Part shown: positions 41,846 to 54,662 of the stretch, piece by piece
Position numbering within the stretch: position 1 is the first letter of the stretch
How the letters are laid out: each line of letters opens with the position of its first letter
Assembly (NCBI GenBank): GCA_001244265.2
Contig: CDLV01000013.1
Coordinates: 992,001-1,056,000 of the forward strand
Length of the DNA stretch: 64,000 nt
DNA from: Microbotryum violaceum
Lineage: Eukaryota
Direction of reading: 5' to 3'
Program-made: the position numbers and the translations under genes
Notes under the pieces: model-generated
Told to the model about the DNA's origin: nothing
What the model saw: the letters and a program-made list of their open reading frames with translations, nothing else
Databases searched by the model: none

Positions 41846-43716
41846 TCAAGCCGAGGCTTCGACCGCGGGGGCAGCGCTCGGCGCCTCGCCCGACTCGTTC
41901 CATTGACCTCGACCACCGCGACCGCCGGCCGATCCACCTCTCCCTCCTCGCCCACCACGTCCACCCCTGTTCCCGCCACGATCCCCTCGTGCTTCCCGAT
42001 CAACCGTTCCACCCGCGGCACGGATCTCGATCGCGCTCGCCATGGCTTGCGATCGGATCAAGGTCCCCTTGGACTTTTCAATCACGGCTTGGTAGACGGG
42101 CGTCTGCGAGTGGTTCATCTGCACCGTGTTCTCCTTGAAGTCGATCTTGGCGTCCAAGCGCGCATCGCGCACGAGTTCGACGATCCACCTCTCGCCTTCC
42201 TCGCGATTGAGGCCGAGACGATCGGACAACTCGCCAATGTCGATGCGGTGGTGGATTTTGCAGTAGGCTTCGGAGACGAGGTAACGCGCGTGGGCGACGA
42301 ATTCGTCCTTGAACTCTTCGAGGAAGAAGTCGCCCTCGAGCACGGAAGCGGCCGAGGTCATCTCCTCCCTGGCGCCCTCAAAGTCGACCTCGCCGTACAA
42401 CTTGCGCAGGAACTCTGTCACCGCGTCCGAGTACTGGTACTGCTCTTGTCCGAGGGCTCGGACGACGTCGCGAACGGCCTCGCGCGATCGAGCCGAATTG
42501 CCGGCCGCGGTCGACCGCAGCGTTGACTTGCGCGAGATGACAACGGCCGCGACGAGGTAACGCAACAGCCAGGGGGCGGAAGTTTGGATCGTGTTGAGGT
42601 AGTTTTGGGTGAGCCAGCTCTCAAGTAGTTGCTCGCGGCCGTTGGGGTGGTTGAAGTAGACAAAGAGGGACCAGTGTAGCCACCAGGTTCGTTGCTGCAG
42701 GGCCAAGAGCGGGCCGCCAGGTCCGGAGTGACCACGCTGGTCGATCTGTTCTCGTAGGCCGTTGAGCTCCTCCAATGCGGCGTCCCAGGCGCCTTCGAGG
42801 ATGTCGGAGGCGAGTTTGCCCCACAGCGAGGAGAGGACCAAGGCCGAGTCGGTCGAAAGCACTCGGAAATGGTAGAGGTAGTCCGAAGCACCGGCGTAGT
42901 TGCCGACCGAGTACTGGAATTGACCGAACTTGTATAGAGTTGCGATTTGCTCCAAGTCGACCTGTGGTGTAGAAGCGTGTCAGCGCCACTGTCTCCCTGG
43001 AGTCCTGGCTTTGAGCCTGAAGAAAGTCCGTCCGCGGCGACTGACGTTGTGGGATTCTTTAAGGTAGTGCAAATTGTGCTGCTTGTCCTGTCGCAGGGCG
43101 GCGACGACTTCGGGGTTGGAGATGGTCTCCATGACGCTCTGAGCCTTGGCCTGAAGGTCGTTGAGGGTCGAGACGACTTGCTCCTGACGCGCCTTGAACT
43201 CTGTGGATCGTGCGACAGGGAAGCATGGAGAAGTTAGTGCACGTTCAGGGCAGCAAAGTTAAGTCTGACGTGTTCCACGGTATAGGTCGCCGTAGTTGTG
43301 GTAAGAGTCCAAGTCCGTGGCCGAACTCGAGAAGGTCCGCAATAGCCCACCACCCAAGACGCGAGCCCGACTTTCTACTTCGACTTCGCCGCGAGGCCAG
43401 CCAGAGCAACGAACACCAGACCAGACCACACAAGCACACACTCACCCTCGGGCATAGGTGCATCCTCGGAAGAGCCATCGATCTCACGCTTGAGGTCGAG
43501 CACGTAGGTGACCATGTTGGTCGGCTTGAGCAAGTCGTACTTGGCCTTGAGCACCTCCTCGTGCGAGTAGGCGCCGCGCAGTTCGAGGAAGTCGAGCAAC
43601 GGCAGCACCAGTTGGCGGTCGAGGTGAGGCACCAACTTGGAGGTCAGATCCGAAGATGACGACGCCGAGGCGGAGGAGCCATTGGCCGTGGACGGTGTTG
43701 TCGAGGTCGCAGCCAT
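41846..43716 (-). CDS. INT6: Translation initiation factor 3 subunit E
   Basis: DLTSKLVPHLDRQLVLPLLDFL...LLKPTNM; LYKFGQFQYSVGNYAGASDYLYHFRVL; SSLWGKLASDIL; QRTWWLHWSLFVYFNH; PCI domain YCKIHHRIDI...DARLDAKID; RGG tail. Confidence 0.97.
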
Positions 43717-44286
43717 GGTGGATGTGGGCAAAGGAGAAAGGAAAGGGGAAGGGGGAGCGGGTGGAAAGCAGGAGCGGGTGGAGAGTAGAGGCGGCGACGA
43801 CAGCGAGTCGAGTCCTATGGGGGGAGAACGGCGAAGTGGCGCTCAGTCGATGGGTCGTACCAAGTCCAACCAAAGGTCGAGGTGTAGGTAGGGGTGTAGG
43901 AGCTGCCGGGCTACGGCCTCCAGGCAGGCCCAGCCCACGCGCCTTCTTCGTCTTTCGTCGTTCCTTTCGTCCTCGCGCGCTCGAGCTTGGGCTTGGGCCA
44001 AAATTCTCCCGTGCGAGCGATGGTCTTTTTTTGCTCTGCCAGGCCCGGCCACGCTCATTCCCTCGCCGGACTGTGCCCAGTGTCGAGAAGCGAACAGCGG
44101 GTTCACTCCTGGAGTAATAATAAACTGACATGCAATTGCTAGTTACAAACATCACATTCAAATCGAGCTGCTACAAAGGCACAACCACACTTTGCAAGGC
44201 GGGAACAAGAAACAAATGACTCGTAAAAATCGACCCCACTCCACACAGCTCGCTGAAACCTCCTCCCCGATATCATATGGCACGTC

Positions 44287-46208
44287 TCATCTCCTCAGTG
44301 ACCCTTGGTTCAGTAGTTCGAGTGCCTGATCGACCGCCCCACGTTCGACTGTCAGTCGTCGACGTTGCACGAGCTCGTCCGATGAACGGATCGGTTCAAG
44401 TGCAGGCGAAGAAGTAGCACCTTCGCATCGCGTTCGTTTGGCAACTACATCGGCGAGCATTTGCAGATCTGGACAACAGGAGGGGTAAACATGCCTCAGT
44501 AACTTTGCCTCACCGCGACGATCGGGGTCTCAGTTGAGAGGACTCACTCGTAAATGCGATGTTAGGATGCGACTTGAGCACCGACCACGCCTCCGAACAA
44601 GAAATATCCTTCGTCCTCACCCCACTCGGTACACTCTTGGGTAACATCTCGATCACATCACTCGACCTCTGCTTCGCTTCTGCTCGCGCCTGTTCCTGCT
44701 CGGGCACGCACGTCGCCGAGCCGCAAAGCGATGGTTGGCCGCAACAGGGTAAATCGGTGAAGGTGTCGAGGAGCGCTGCGGTCTCTTCTGCGTCGAGCTC
44801 TTCTACTGAAGGTGGAGGTGTCGGCATGCGGTTCTTTAGGTTTGAGGTGGGTTGAAGACGGGAAGGACAGTTGGCGCAAGGCGTAGTCGAGCAAACCGAT
44901 TGCGAGAGCGATTCGCAAAAGGCTTTGCCGAACCTGGATCAGAAATCAAAGTCGGGGTCAGCGAAAGCACACGTAGCGAATATCGATATACTTACGGATC
45001 GTCGGCACACGCAGGACAGTTGGACGGATCGCCACTGCAAACAGGGGCATCTTTGTCGCTGGGCGTGATTGATGACGGAGCGGGCTCCAGCTTCCACACC
45101 GACTTGACGGGTGCTCCACCTGTTCGCCTCCGAAGGTTCAATGGGACTGAGATCTGGGCCGAAATGGCCGGCAACATCGGTTTCGCCTGCGATAGTTGAT
45201 GCTTCGCCGTCGGGAAGAACGACCCCTGGGCGAGCGAGTAGTCCTCGACGGGTGTCGGGGCGGCGTGATCAGATACCTGAGAACACAGGCAGGACTCGTT
45301 CAAGCAGAAAACACACGATTCCTCGAACGGATAGTCCGTTACCCGAGGCGCGTCGTTGTCGGCTGCGTGCACAATGTGCAAAATCGAGGCGAGTGGCGTC
45401 CGACTAAGCTCGTGCGATGACGAGGTGGTCGAGACATCCGACCCTTGCCTCGATCGTTTGAGTCGTCGAGCCATATATTCTTCTTGAACTTCTTCTACAG
45501 TCGCGGTCCGGGTTGAATGGCGTCGCTTGGTTGTCGATGTCGATGCCGAAGTCGCCGTCGATGGTCTCGTGCTGCTCAATGGAGAGCTCGTACTTGAGCT
45601 TGGGCTCGGTGCATGAGAATGGATCGCCTCGCCCAACTTGAGCTGCAATTCAGCGACTTGCTTGAGCAGCTGCTCGTTCTCGTTCCGCAACTGCGCCGAC
45701 TCTTCCTTGGCCTTGACGGCCTGCGATTGGAAGAAGACGGCCTTGACGCCTTCGCCGGCTTCGAGTGCGCGCACCTTCTGCTCCAGCTCGGCAATGTATT
45801 CCTGTCTCCTTTCCCGAAACGCACGCTGTGTTGTCTTTTTAGAGGACTGATGTTCGGGTATGGAGGTAGCATAGAGCGTGATAAAGCAGGCGATTGCGAA
45901 AATCAGCACCGATTACGCGTAAAGTGCTCAACTCGGCAACCGACCCGCCGCGGCGATGCACATCAAACACCCCCACAATAGGCAGGCATGCCACAAACAG
46001 GTGTCCAGCCTCGACAATGAATTTCATCACTCACTGGGTCATCAACCTTGGACGGTTTCCTGCCCGGCTTGGGCCTCGGAGGCACGACCCATTCCTTGGA
46101 AGTCACGAGCGCGATCTTGGGCTCGGCGCGATTCACTGACAGCGGCTGGTGCTGCGAAGAGCCGGCATGACTCGGCCCGGCGAGATGGACACTGCGCTTC
46201 GGGGCCAT
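44287..46208 (-). CDS. HAPX: HapX-like iron-responsive bZIP factor (Hap4-like domain and Cys-rich regions)
   Basis: TSKEWVVPPRPKPGRKP (Hap4-like), QRAFRERRQEYIAELEQKV (bZIP), CVFCLNESCLC, CSGDPSNCPACADDP|FGKAFC, CCGQPSLCG, CSEAWSVLKSHPNI, DLQMLADVVAKR. Confidence 0.9.
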
Positions 46209-47097
46209 ATAACGGCGGGGTGAGGACGAGATGCTCCAGAGGCCCCGAGGCTTTGATCGAGTGCGGCGGGTTCGGTCGAGAGGTATCAAAAAGGCGGTTC
46301 TGGCGTGAGGGTGAGCCCCGGTTCGACAGACGGCCGGGAGAAGCGCGTGATGAACCCGCGGCAGTCAAGGGCGGGCAGCTCGGAGTTGGTACGTTGAGGC
46401 ACGCAGAGGCAGGCTCACAGCAGCCGGTGACGGAGATGGAAATGGGTGGTACAACGGTAGGTTGAAGGACCTTTTGCCACCGTGAGCAGAACTTCTCCCG
46501 ATTGGATCAAGATTCTAGCCTTAGGATTGAGTCTGTGGAAGACGATGTCGTACGATCCGATTGGTGGCATACTGTTGAGAAGGTTCCGCAAAAATCGCTC
46601 TCTCGTCCAGCTTCGGGGATTGGTTCGCGGGTCGGCAACTCCAGACCGAAACTCCCAAGATGAAGTGAGCCGGGGACAATTTTTCTGGGACCTACCTAAG
46701 ACTACATCAAATTGATTTCTCTGACCTGAACAATGCGGTCAGATACACAATTTTTTATTGTGGACTGCCAAGGGCTGCCTTGGCCCGGGTGATGGCTAGA
46801 TGCCGGGCTGCGATCTTAATCTAATCAGTTAACGAGTGGGCACGGGCGGGTGTTTCTGCCCCACGACGCCCACGAAAGAGAAAACGGGGGGCCCGCCCGC
46901 TGCGTGGGACTCGAGCGGCGGTAGGCATAAACAGCGCGTTTGCGAGGGCAGGCGCGACTGGCTAATCTGATTCAGATTGGCCTACGAACTTCGCCTCTGG
47001 TGGAGCTTTCCGCTACTGTTTTCCTACTCCCCCCCACTTTGACGATCCATTCATCACGAGGGCACCTTTTCGCCGACTGTTTTACTGATTACGAATT
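46209..47097. promoter_or_regulatory. Shared divergent promoter of HAPX and FET3 with CCAAT boxes and a GATT palindrome
   Basis: GATTGG (CCAATC on the minus strand) at 46500, 46559, 46618 and 46975; near-perfect palindrome GCTAATCTGA-T-TCAGATTGGC at 46961-46981. Function is inferred. Confidence 0.6.
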
Positions 47098-49618
47098 ATG
47101 TTGGCCAACGCTTTCTTGACGGGCTTGATCGCTGCCGGCTCAGCGTCTTCGGCCGTACACGAGGTCTGGTGAGTGCGCTGGTTCGATTACGGCTCACGCG
47201 CGCTGCGACGACAGGCGAGAAGGTTCGCTCGAGCTCATCCTCGTTTATCCATCGTGTTTCGACTCTCAGGTACAACATCACAAGTGCCAAGGCCAATCCT
47301 TCCGGTCTGTTTGAGCGGTCCGTCGTCGGTGTCAACGGTACCTGGTACGTAGCATGTCGCCTATCGCGTCTCCCATCTGAGTCTCGACTCGCGACGAGGT
47401 TCTGCGCGGTCCTTCGCTACCTGCCGCCGCTCGGCGCAATGAAGAATGTAGAGCACCGTATTTGAATCCCTCGCGCTGACAGATGGCTTTTACGTCGGGA
47501 TCTTAGGCCACCACCAGCACTCTTTGTGAACGAGAACGACACCGTCATCGTCCATGCGGTACGTCCTTACGCCCTCCGTGATGCGCGCGGTCTTTCGCCC
47601 GGCGCACGTCCGAGGCGATTATCTGATTGGCCCCATCTTTTATTTGCCCCCCCCCCCCTTCTCTTTTGGCCGACTTTGTGCTCTTGGTGTCTCCTCTGTA
47701 GACCAACTTGCTCGACCACCCCACTGCGATCCATCATCATGTGAGTGTATACTTTATGTCACTGTAGCAACCCTTCAGCGACTAAGCAATTACATCTCAT
47801 CTCCTTCCAGGGCATGTACTTTTTCAACACGAGTTACTACGACGGAGCCCCCGGTGTGACCCAATGCGGAATTCCTCCGAAAGCCACGTTGACCTACGAG
47901 ATCCCCGTCTCTGTCGACAAGCAATGGGGTACTTATTGGTGGCACGCTCACGTCGATCAGGATTATGGTCAGTAAAACCTTTACCTCCTCCGGCCTTGAC
48001 CTTAATTGACCCGCTCTCCTTTATCCGCCAAAATGCCTCACCTGATGCGCAGTCGATGGTCTTCGCGCCCCTTTCATAATCCGACCCACAACTGAGGTTC
48101 ATCAATACGATGACGAATACACGATCGTGCTCTCCGATTGGTACAACGAGCAACACTCGGTGCTTGTGGACCAATTCATGAACTGGAAGAACCCGACTGG
48201 AGCTGAGCCCGTCCCTGGTATGTTTCCCTGCCCTACCCAAATCTCTCCTCTGCTGAAGCTAATGCATTTATTTTTTTCGATATCACTATTGATTCGACCT
48301 TCATACAGACTCGGCTGCTATTTACGTCGCCGACAGGAACGGGAACTATCTCTCGGGCTTCAACGAGAACGTGACTATTCCGTTCGAGGCGGGCAAGACG
48401 TACCGACTACGCTTCATCAACGCCGGCGCGTTCGCCATGTTCAACTTCTGGATCGACGAGCACCAGATGCAAGTCATTGAAGCTGACGGTACGGACACGG
48501 ATCCTTATCCCGTGGACTACCTCGGCATCTCGGTGGCCCAGCGCTACTCGGTCCTCGTTACGGCCAAGAACACGACCAACTCGAACTACCTCTTGCACGC
48601 CAACTTTGATGTGGACATGTTCGACAGTTACAATGCTGACGTGCTCCAGGTCAACTACACCTCGACGATCTCGTACGGAGCGAGTGTCACCGCAGCTGGG
48701 GCCGTGATGCCGCCCTTTCGGCGAACGCCTGATCAGGACCTCGTCCCCTCGATCGTCGAGGCGTCGCTCGATGCGAACCGCGAGATCGAGCTCGGTGTCT
48801 TCTTCGCCACCTTCGACGATGGTATCAACCGAGCCGCTTTTAACAACATCACCTTCACCCACCCGTCGGTCCCCTCGCTGTTCACGCAGCTATCGATGGG
48901 CGAGAACGCATCGCTACCCGGCATCTACGGTCCTCAAACCCACGCGATTGTCTTGCAAAAGGGCGAGATCATTGACTTGCGCGTGGTCAACTGGGATGGA
49001 AACGCCCACCCTTTCCACTTGCACGGTCACAAGTTGCAAATCATCTCGGTCACCGCCGACAGCACCTCGAATGACACGTCGATCAACCCTCCCATCCCGT
49101 CGTCGTTGCCCAATCCGATGCGACGTGACACGATCAATGTCCCTGGAGAAGGTGGAGCCGTGACGCTTCGTTTCCCAGTCGACAACCCGGGAACTTGGAT
49201 GCTCCACTGCCACATCAGTTGGCATCTGACCGCCGGTCTCGCGGTCATCTTTATTGAATCGCCCGCCGAGTCGCAGCAAGAGCTCGTGATTCCTCAAGTG
49301 ATGAAGGACCAATGCGCAGCGTTGGGGATCCCTTCGGCCGGTAACGCCGTTGGCAAATTCTCGACGACTGATCTGGCGGGAGTGGCTCGAGGTCCTTATC
49401 CTCAAGTTCTCGGGTGGAGGCCCAAGGGCATTGGGGCTTTGGCCGGTTGCATCATCACGGCTTTGCTGGGGATGGTGACCGTCGTTTGGTACGCACTTGG
49501 AGGGCAGCTCGACGACGAGGAGCTGGAAGCCGAGGTCGACCGTGAGCTCGAAGCCAAGAAGAACGGTGGTCTGATCAAGCGAGGCGCCAGAAAGCTGTTT
49601 GGTTCGTCTGCCAAGTAG
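47098..49618 (+). CDS. FET3: Fet3-type multicopper ferroxidase (signal peptide, C-terminal TM helix)
   Basis: IHHH|GMYF..TSYYDGAPGVTQC, GTYWWHAH, NPTGAEPVP, HPFHLHGH, NPMRRDT, DNPGTWMLHCHISWHL, GNAVG...GWRPKGIGALAGCIITALLGMVTVVWYALGG. Confidence 0.93.
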
Positions 49619-50249
49619 AGATAGAACGAGGTAGCTGGAGGCAGACGTGTGAAGAGATAATAATCAGTATCTGGACCATTAGTGTTGGGGAAAAGGCTTG
49701 CCGCAGTGTAAGTTAGGCGGGTGACTTTTCTCTCTCCTTCTTTCTTATTCTGTAGTGTGCAATTGGATGTTTCAAAAATATGACGAAAACGATTGTGTGA
49801 ACAGAAGTCGTGGCTGGTTGCGCCGGGCGGGGTGGTAGTGTGGCACGGCGACTAACGAGGACCGTGCACGTAAGAGCCTCGAAGGACATGGACAGACAAC
49901 GACGGCCCGGCCGATGAGCGCATCATCGCTCTCAGACTGCCTCCTCCTCCAGGAGCGACCACCCAGATCACACAGGATCCACTTCCGATCACAACAAGGC
50001 GATCAACAGGGCGAACAAAGTACCTCACTCGTCCACTGGCAGCCCGATCTCGACTGAGTTCATCTTGCATCGTCGGCGTTCCTTGGCCACTGCAGCCGGT
50101 CGGCTTGAGCTCGATCACACTCCCGGGCCGCCATCGGCTCCTGTCCGACGTCATCTATCAGCCCCGGTCTCAGACTTTGATTGGAGCACGACACTTCTAA
50201 CCCCCCCTACATCTGATCGGCTCCTTATCAAGCAAGGACTAGTACCGCC

Positions 50250-53200
50250 ATGTGAGTGCACTACGTCCACAGGGCCATGCCGTCACCGCTGCCTTACCCC
50301 GCTACGGCCCCCACTCCGCTCCACTCGATCCCCAGGCCAAGCCCTTCGCTGAGCTGACAACCTCCCGCCTCACTCCATAGGTCTTTCTTCGGCGGGAATC
50401 GCGACCGCGATGCCGACAGCTACGACCGTGACCGTGACCGTGATCGTGACGGTGGCGCATCCCGCTCGGCGCATGTGCCGACTCGACCGGTCGATCGCGA
50501 CAAGGCCGAGCAGGAACTGAGCGCCAACATCAAGAAGGCGACCAGTACCGAGGAGGCCGCTCCCAAGCAGAAACATGTTCGGAGTAAGCTGCTTCTCCTT
50601 CTGAACGTGGGTTGTGCTAGGCGGAGGCGAAGGCGATGCTGGCGTGTAGATCGCAACCGGGAACGTCGTCGGCGTAAGGGATTCCGGACGTGGCGGTGAA
50701 GGCCAGCCAGTCCCGGTCAGTCCCGGTCATGTCAGACTGACCGTGACTGCGCAGTTTCGTCACCGAGCCCTTTTGTATGGCCTGGGCGAGATGATTTGCA
50801 GCTACATGAATCGCACCCTACATCTTAGTCGAGTTCCCTTTTCGACTCAGCGCTGACCAACGCCTCCCCCACTCCTCCTCGCCTCCGTACTCAGAATGCA
50901 TCGTCTACACTTGGGACCATCGCTCATCGGCTTCGATCTGGAGTGGATTGCGCGTGCTCCCCATCCTCTCGGACGAGGTGCAGACCTTCAAAGCGCTCAT
51001 CACCGTCCACAAGGTCCTTCAAGAGGGTCATCCCGTCGTACGTCTCCACCTGGAGATTACCTTGACCGCAGTGTCAGATCTAAGCTCACGAGCTTGGGAT
51101 CTACCCACAGACTCTTAAAGAAGCACATAACCAAACCTCTTGGCTCGAGACGTGTGCTCGAACCGTTGGAGGAGACGTATCACGAGGTCAGTCATTTCCA
51201 GCAAAGCTCGGAGTGATGTGGCCCGCTAACTGATTCTGGGCTTCTTTCACATAGGCTACGGCGCTCTGATTCGCGCATACGTCAATCTGATCCTGGCCAA
51301 GCTCAAGTTCCATCGCCAGCACCGCGACTTCAACGGTCTCTTTGAATATGAAGAGTACATCTCGCTACGAGGAGTTGATGACCCGAACGAAGGGTGAGAA
51401 TTTTCAGTAGATTTCATGAGGATGAGTGAAAACCACATTTTGACGACTCTCTTCCTGCAGTTTCGAAACCATCATGGATTTGATGAACCTCCAGGACGTG
51501 ATTGACTCGTTCCAAAAACTCATCTTTGCCCACTTCCGTGGCTCGGCCAACAACGAGTGCCGCATCGCTGCGCTCGTGCCCCAGGTCAAGGAGTCGTACG
51601 GCATCTACCGTTTCGTCACGAGCATGTTAAGGGCCATGTACCGACGTAAGCCCTATTACGAGAGGAGGGACTTATATGAACCGCCCAGCTAAGCGAGTTC
51701 TGATATGATGGTCGTATAGGCACCGACTCGGGTGATGCATTGGAGTCGCTCAAGGAACGCTACGAGGCCCAACACTACGCCCTGCGCAAGTTCTACTACG
51801 AGTGCTCGAACCTCAAATACCTCACCGGTCTGATCAACGTACCCAAACTACCGCAAGAGCCTCCGAACTTGCTCGACAATGGCGATGCCCCCAATCTGCC
51901 TCGACGACCACCGACTTCGGAGCCCCCAAGCGCCCCTTCGCCTGCGCCCCGTGAAGACATCGAAGAGCAGCGACGTGCATTGGCGGAATACGAAGCCAAA
52001 CAGGCTGCTTTGGTTGCATCGCGGGAGGCCGAGGCACGACGACTCGCGGACGAACAAGCACGTCAAGAGCGCGAATTCCAAGAGCAGCAACGACTGCAAG
52101 CACAGCGCGAACGAGAGGCGCAGGAGGCGTTGGCAGCACAGCAAGCCCAGATGCAGTATGGCATGAACCAGGGTCGAATCGCCGAGCTTGAGAGGGAGAT
52201 CTTGGGGATGCGTGGACAGTGGGAACGGGATCAGATGATGCTCGAGCGTTATGATCATCGCGTCAAGGCGCTCGAAGGCGAGTTGATGAACGTCAGCACA
52301 TCGATCCAACAGCAACTCGCATCCAAGGATCAAATGATGAACGAGTTGCAGAACCAAGTTACGCTGTGGAGGAACAAGTACGAGGCCCTCGCCAAGCTGT
52401 ACTCGCAGCTGCGCAACGAGCACCTCGAGATGCTCGGCAAGTACAAATCGATGCAGCTCAAGGCCAACTCGGCGCAAGAGGCGATTGACAAGATGGAACG
52501 TATGGAACGCGACGTCAAGGCCAAAAATCTGGAGCTGGCTGATATGATCCGAGAGCGTGATCGAGCTCGATTTGAGGTCGATCGGATGAAATCGGTACGT
52601 GACCTCATGCAGGCCGATCAGATGTTGTATACGCTATGGGCCATCTAATCTTGAACTGGTTTCTTCACAAACAGAGCTCAAAGGAGGAGTTGGAGCGACT
52701 GCGCCGAGACTTGCGATTCGCCGAGGAGCGTGCCGAGGATGCGAGTCGATCCAAGGGCTCCGAGGTGTCGACCTTGCTCAGCAAGTACAACCGACAGCTC
52801 GAAGAGCTCGAGAGCTCGCTGCAGGCGAAGCAGCTGCAGATTGACAGCTTGCTGGGCAAGCTCGACGAGAAGGAAGGCGAGGCACAACGTATTCGGGACG
52901 AGAAAGACGAAGAGATTATGATCATGCAAGAGGGGATGGACGCGACGATCCGACAAATGTCCGAATTGCAGATGACAGCGGGTGAGAACGACGTGGCGGT
53001 CAACGCCACGATCGACAACCTCGTGCTCGATCAGGAGACGAAGTTCAACGAGATCATCGACTCGATCCTCGCCGCGGGCGGGCAGAAGATCGACGACGCG
53101 TTGTACGAACTCGAATCGACCTTGCACGACGGGAATCAGAACTCGACGCCCGAGTACACGCTGTCGATGATCGAAAAAGCGACGACAAGTGCAACTGAGT

Positions 53201-54438
53201 TTGCCACCGTTTTTACGCTCTACCTCTCTCGCGAGCGCGGAGGTGAACACGTCGAGGTCATCAAGACGGCGAACAACTTTGCCCAGTCTATCGCTGAGGT
53301 CCTGTCGAATGCCAAAGGGCTCGAAAGGATCTGCCCCGACGATGCTGCCATCGATGGCCTCATGAAGATTGGCAAGCTGCCTGGTGAGGCGGGTCTACGA
53401 TTCTTCACCGCTCTGCAGTCGTATCGCCTCTCAGGACAAGCCCCTTCGGCTCGAAAAGAAGTGGTCATCCGCAACAACATGGAGACGCGTGCTGCCCTGC
53501 AGAAGCTCACTTCGACCGTCGAATCCCTGGTACCCAAGCACGCTGCACTCAAGGCGACCGGTGACCTGGGCGATTTGGTCGAATCGGAGATGCAAGCTGC
53601 CGCTAGGGCCATCGAGGCTGCGACACAACGATTGCAGGACATCATGTCGCGACCCAAGGACTCGCGTACCAGCGCGACCGACCTGCAAGTCAACGATGCG
53701 ATCCTCGCTTCGGCTCTGGCCATCACGAACGCCATCGGACGCTTGATCAAAGCTGCCACCGCATCGCAACAGGAGATCGTCGCTGCCGGCAAGGGCTCGA
53801 GCACTTCGCAGGCGTTCTACAAGCGCAACAACCGATGGACCGAAGGACTCATCTCCGCTGCTAAGGCCGTAGCCATGGCTACGACGCTCTTGATCGAGAC
53901 CGCCGACGGGGTCGTCAACAAGACCAAGACGCTCGAACAACTCATCGTTGCGGCGAACGAAGTCTCGGCCTCGACGGCGCAACTCGTCCAAGCCTCGCGC
54001 GTCAAGGCCGAGTTAATGTCGTCGACGCAAGAGAAGCTGGAGTTGGCCGCAAGAGCCGTCACGGATGCGTGCCGAGCGCTGGTTCGCCAGGTGAAGGCCA
54101 TCACGGCCGAACAGCTCAAGCGGGACGAGAGCGACGTCAACCCCAACCTGATGAACGCGTTCGAGTTCAAGCAGGCCGAAATGGAGAAGCAGGTCGAGAT
54201 TCTTACGCTCGAGAAGCAGTTGGTCGAAGGTCAGACTTTGGAAACCGTCTTGGTTCGCCTTGCGATGTCAGAACTGACCGGAATTTGGTATACACGTGTA
54301 CAGCTCGGAGAATGCTCGCCATCTACCGGCGATCGGCGTATCATGCCGAAGACGTGAGTGGTCATTGGACTACCGGAATGCTATAGAGCCAGCTTGCTGA
54401 TTTCTTTGGCTGTCTTCTTTCCACAGGGCGATGTGTGA
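50250..54438 (+). CDS. SLA2: Sla2/End4 (ANTH, coiled coil and I/LWEQ) endocytic adaptor
   Basis: IKKATSTEEAAPKQKHVR|KCIVYTWDH; DEVQTFKALITVHKVLQEGHP; FYYECSNLKYLTGLINVPKLP; WRNKYEALAKLYSQLR; FYKRNNRWTEGLISAAKAVA; QLVQASRVKA; EMEKQVEILTLEK. Start codon is split AT|G; the last micro-exon to TGA 54438 is inferred. Confidence 0.96.
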
Positions 54439-54662
54439 AAGCGTGTCAAATCTTCTTGTGATTGTAAACAACGATCTGTGTGCAACGGAAGCTTCAGAGA
54501 AACATCTTTCGGGGTTCCTCGACCCGATTCGGTCGCAATCGGACGGGAAAATGCGAAGTATACACTGCAATTGCATACGAGGAGGAGAGAGAGGAAAAGC
54601 AACGCTAAGAAAACGAAGAGCCCAAGAAACCTCCCGTCTCCCCGCCGTTGATTATTTTGCGC

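Noticed and set aside
50250-54438. Mating-type locus inferred from SLA2
   Set aside because: No homeodomain, pheromone or STE3 receptor gene was seen in the window.
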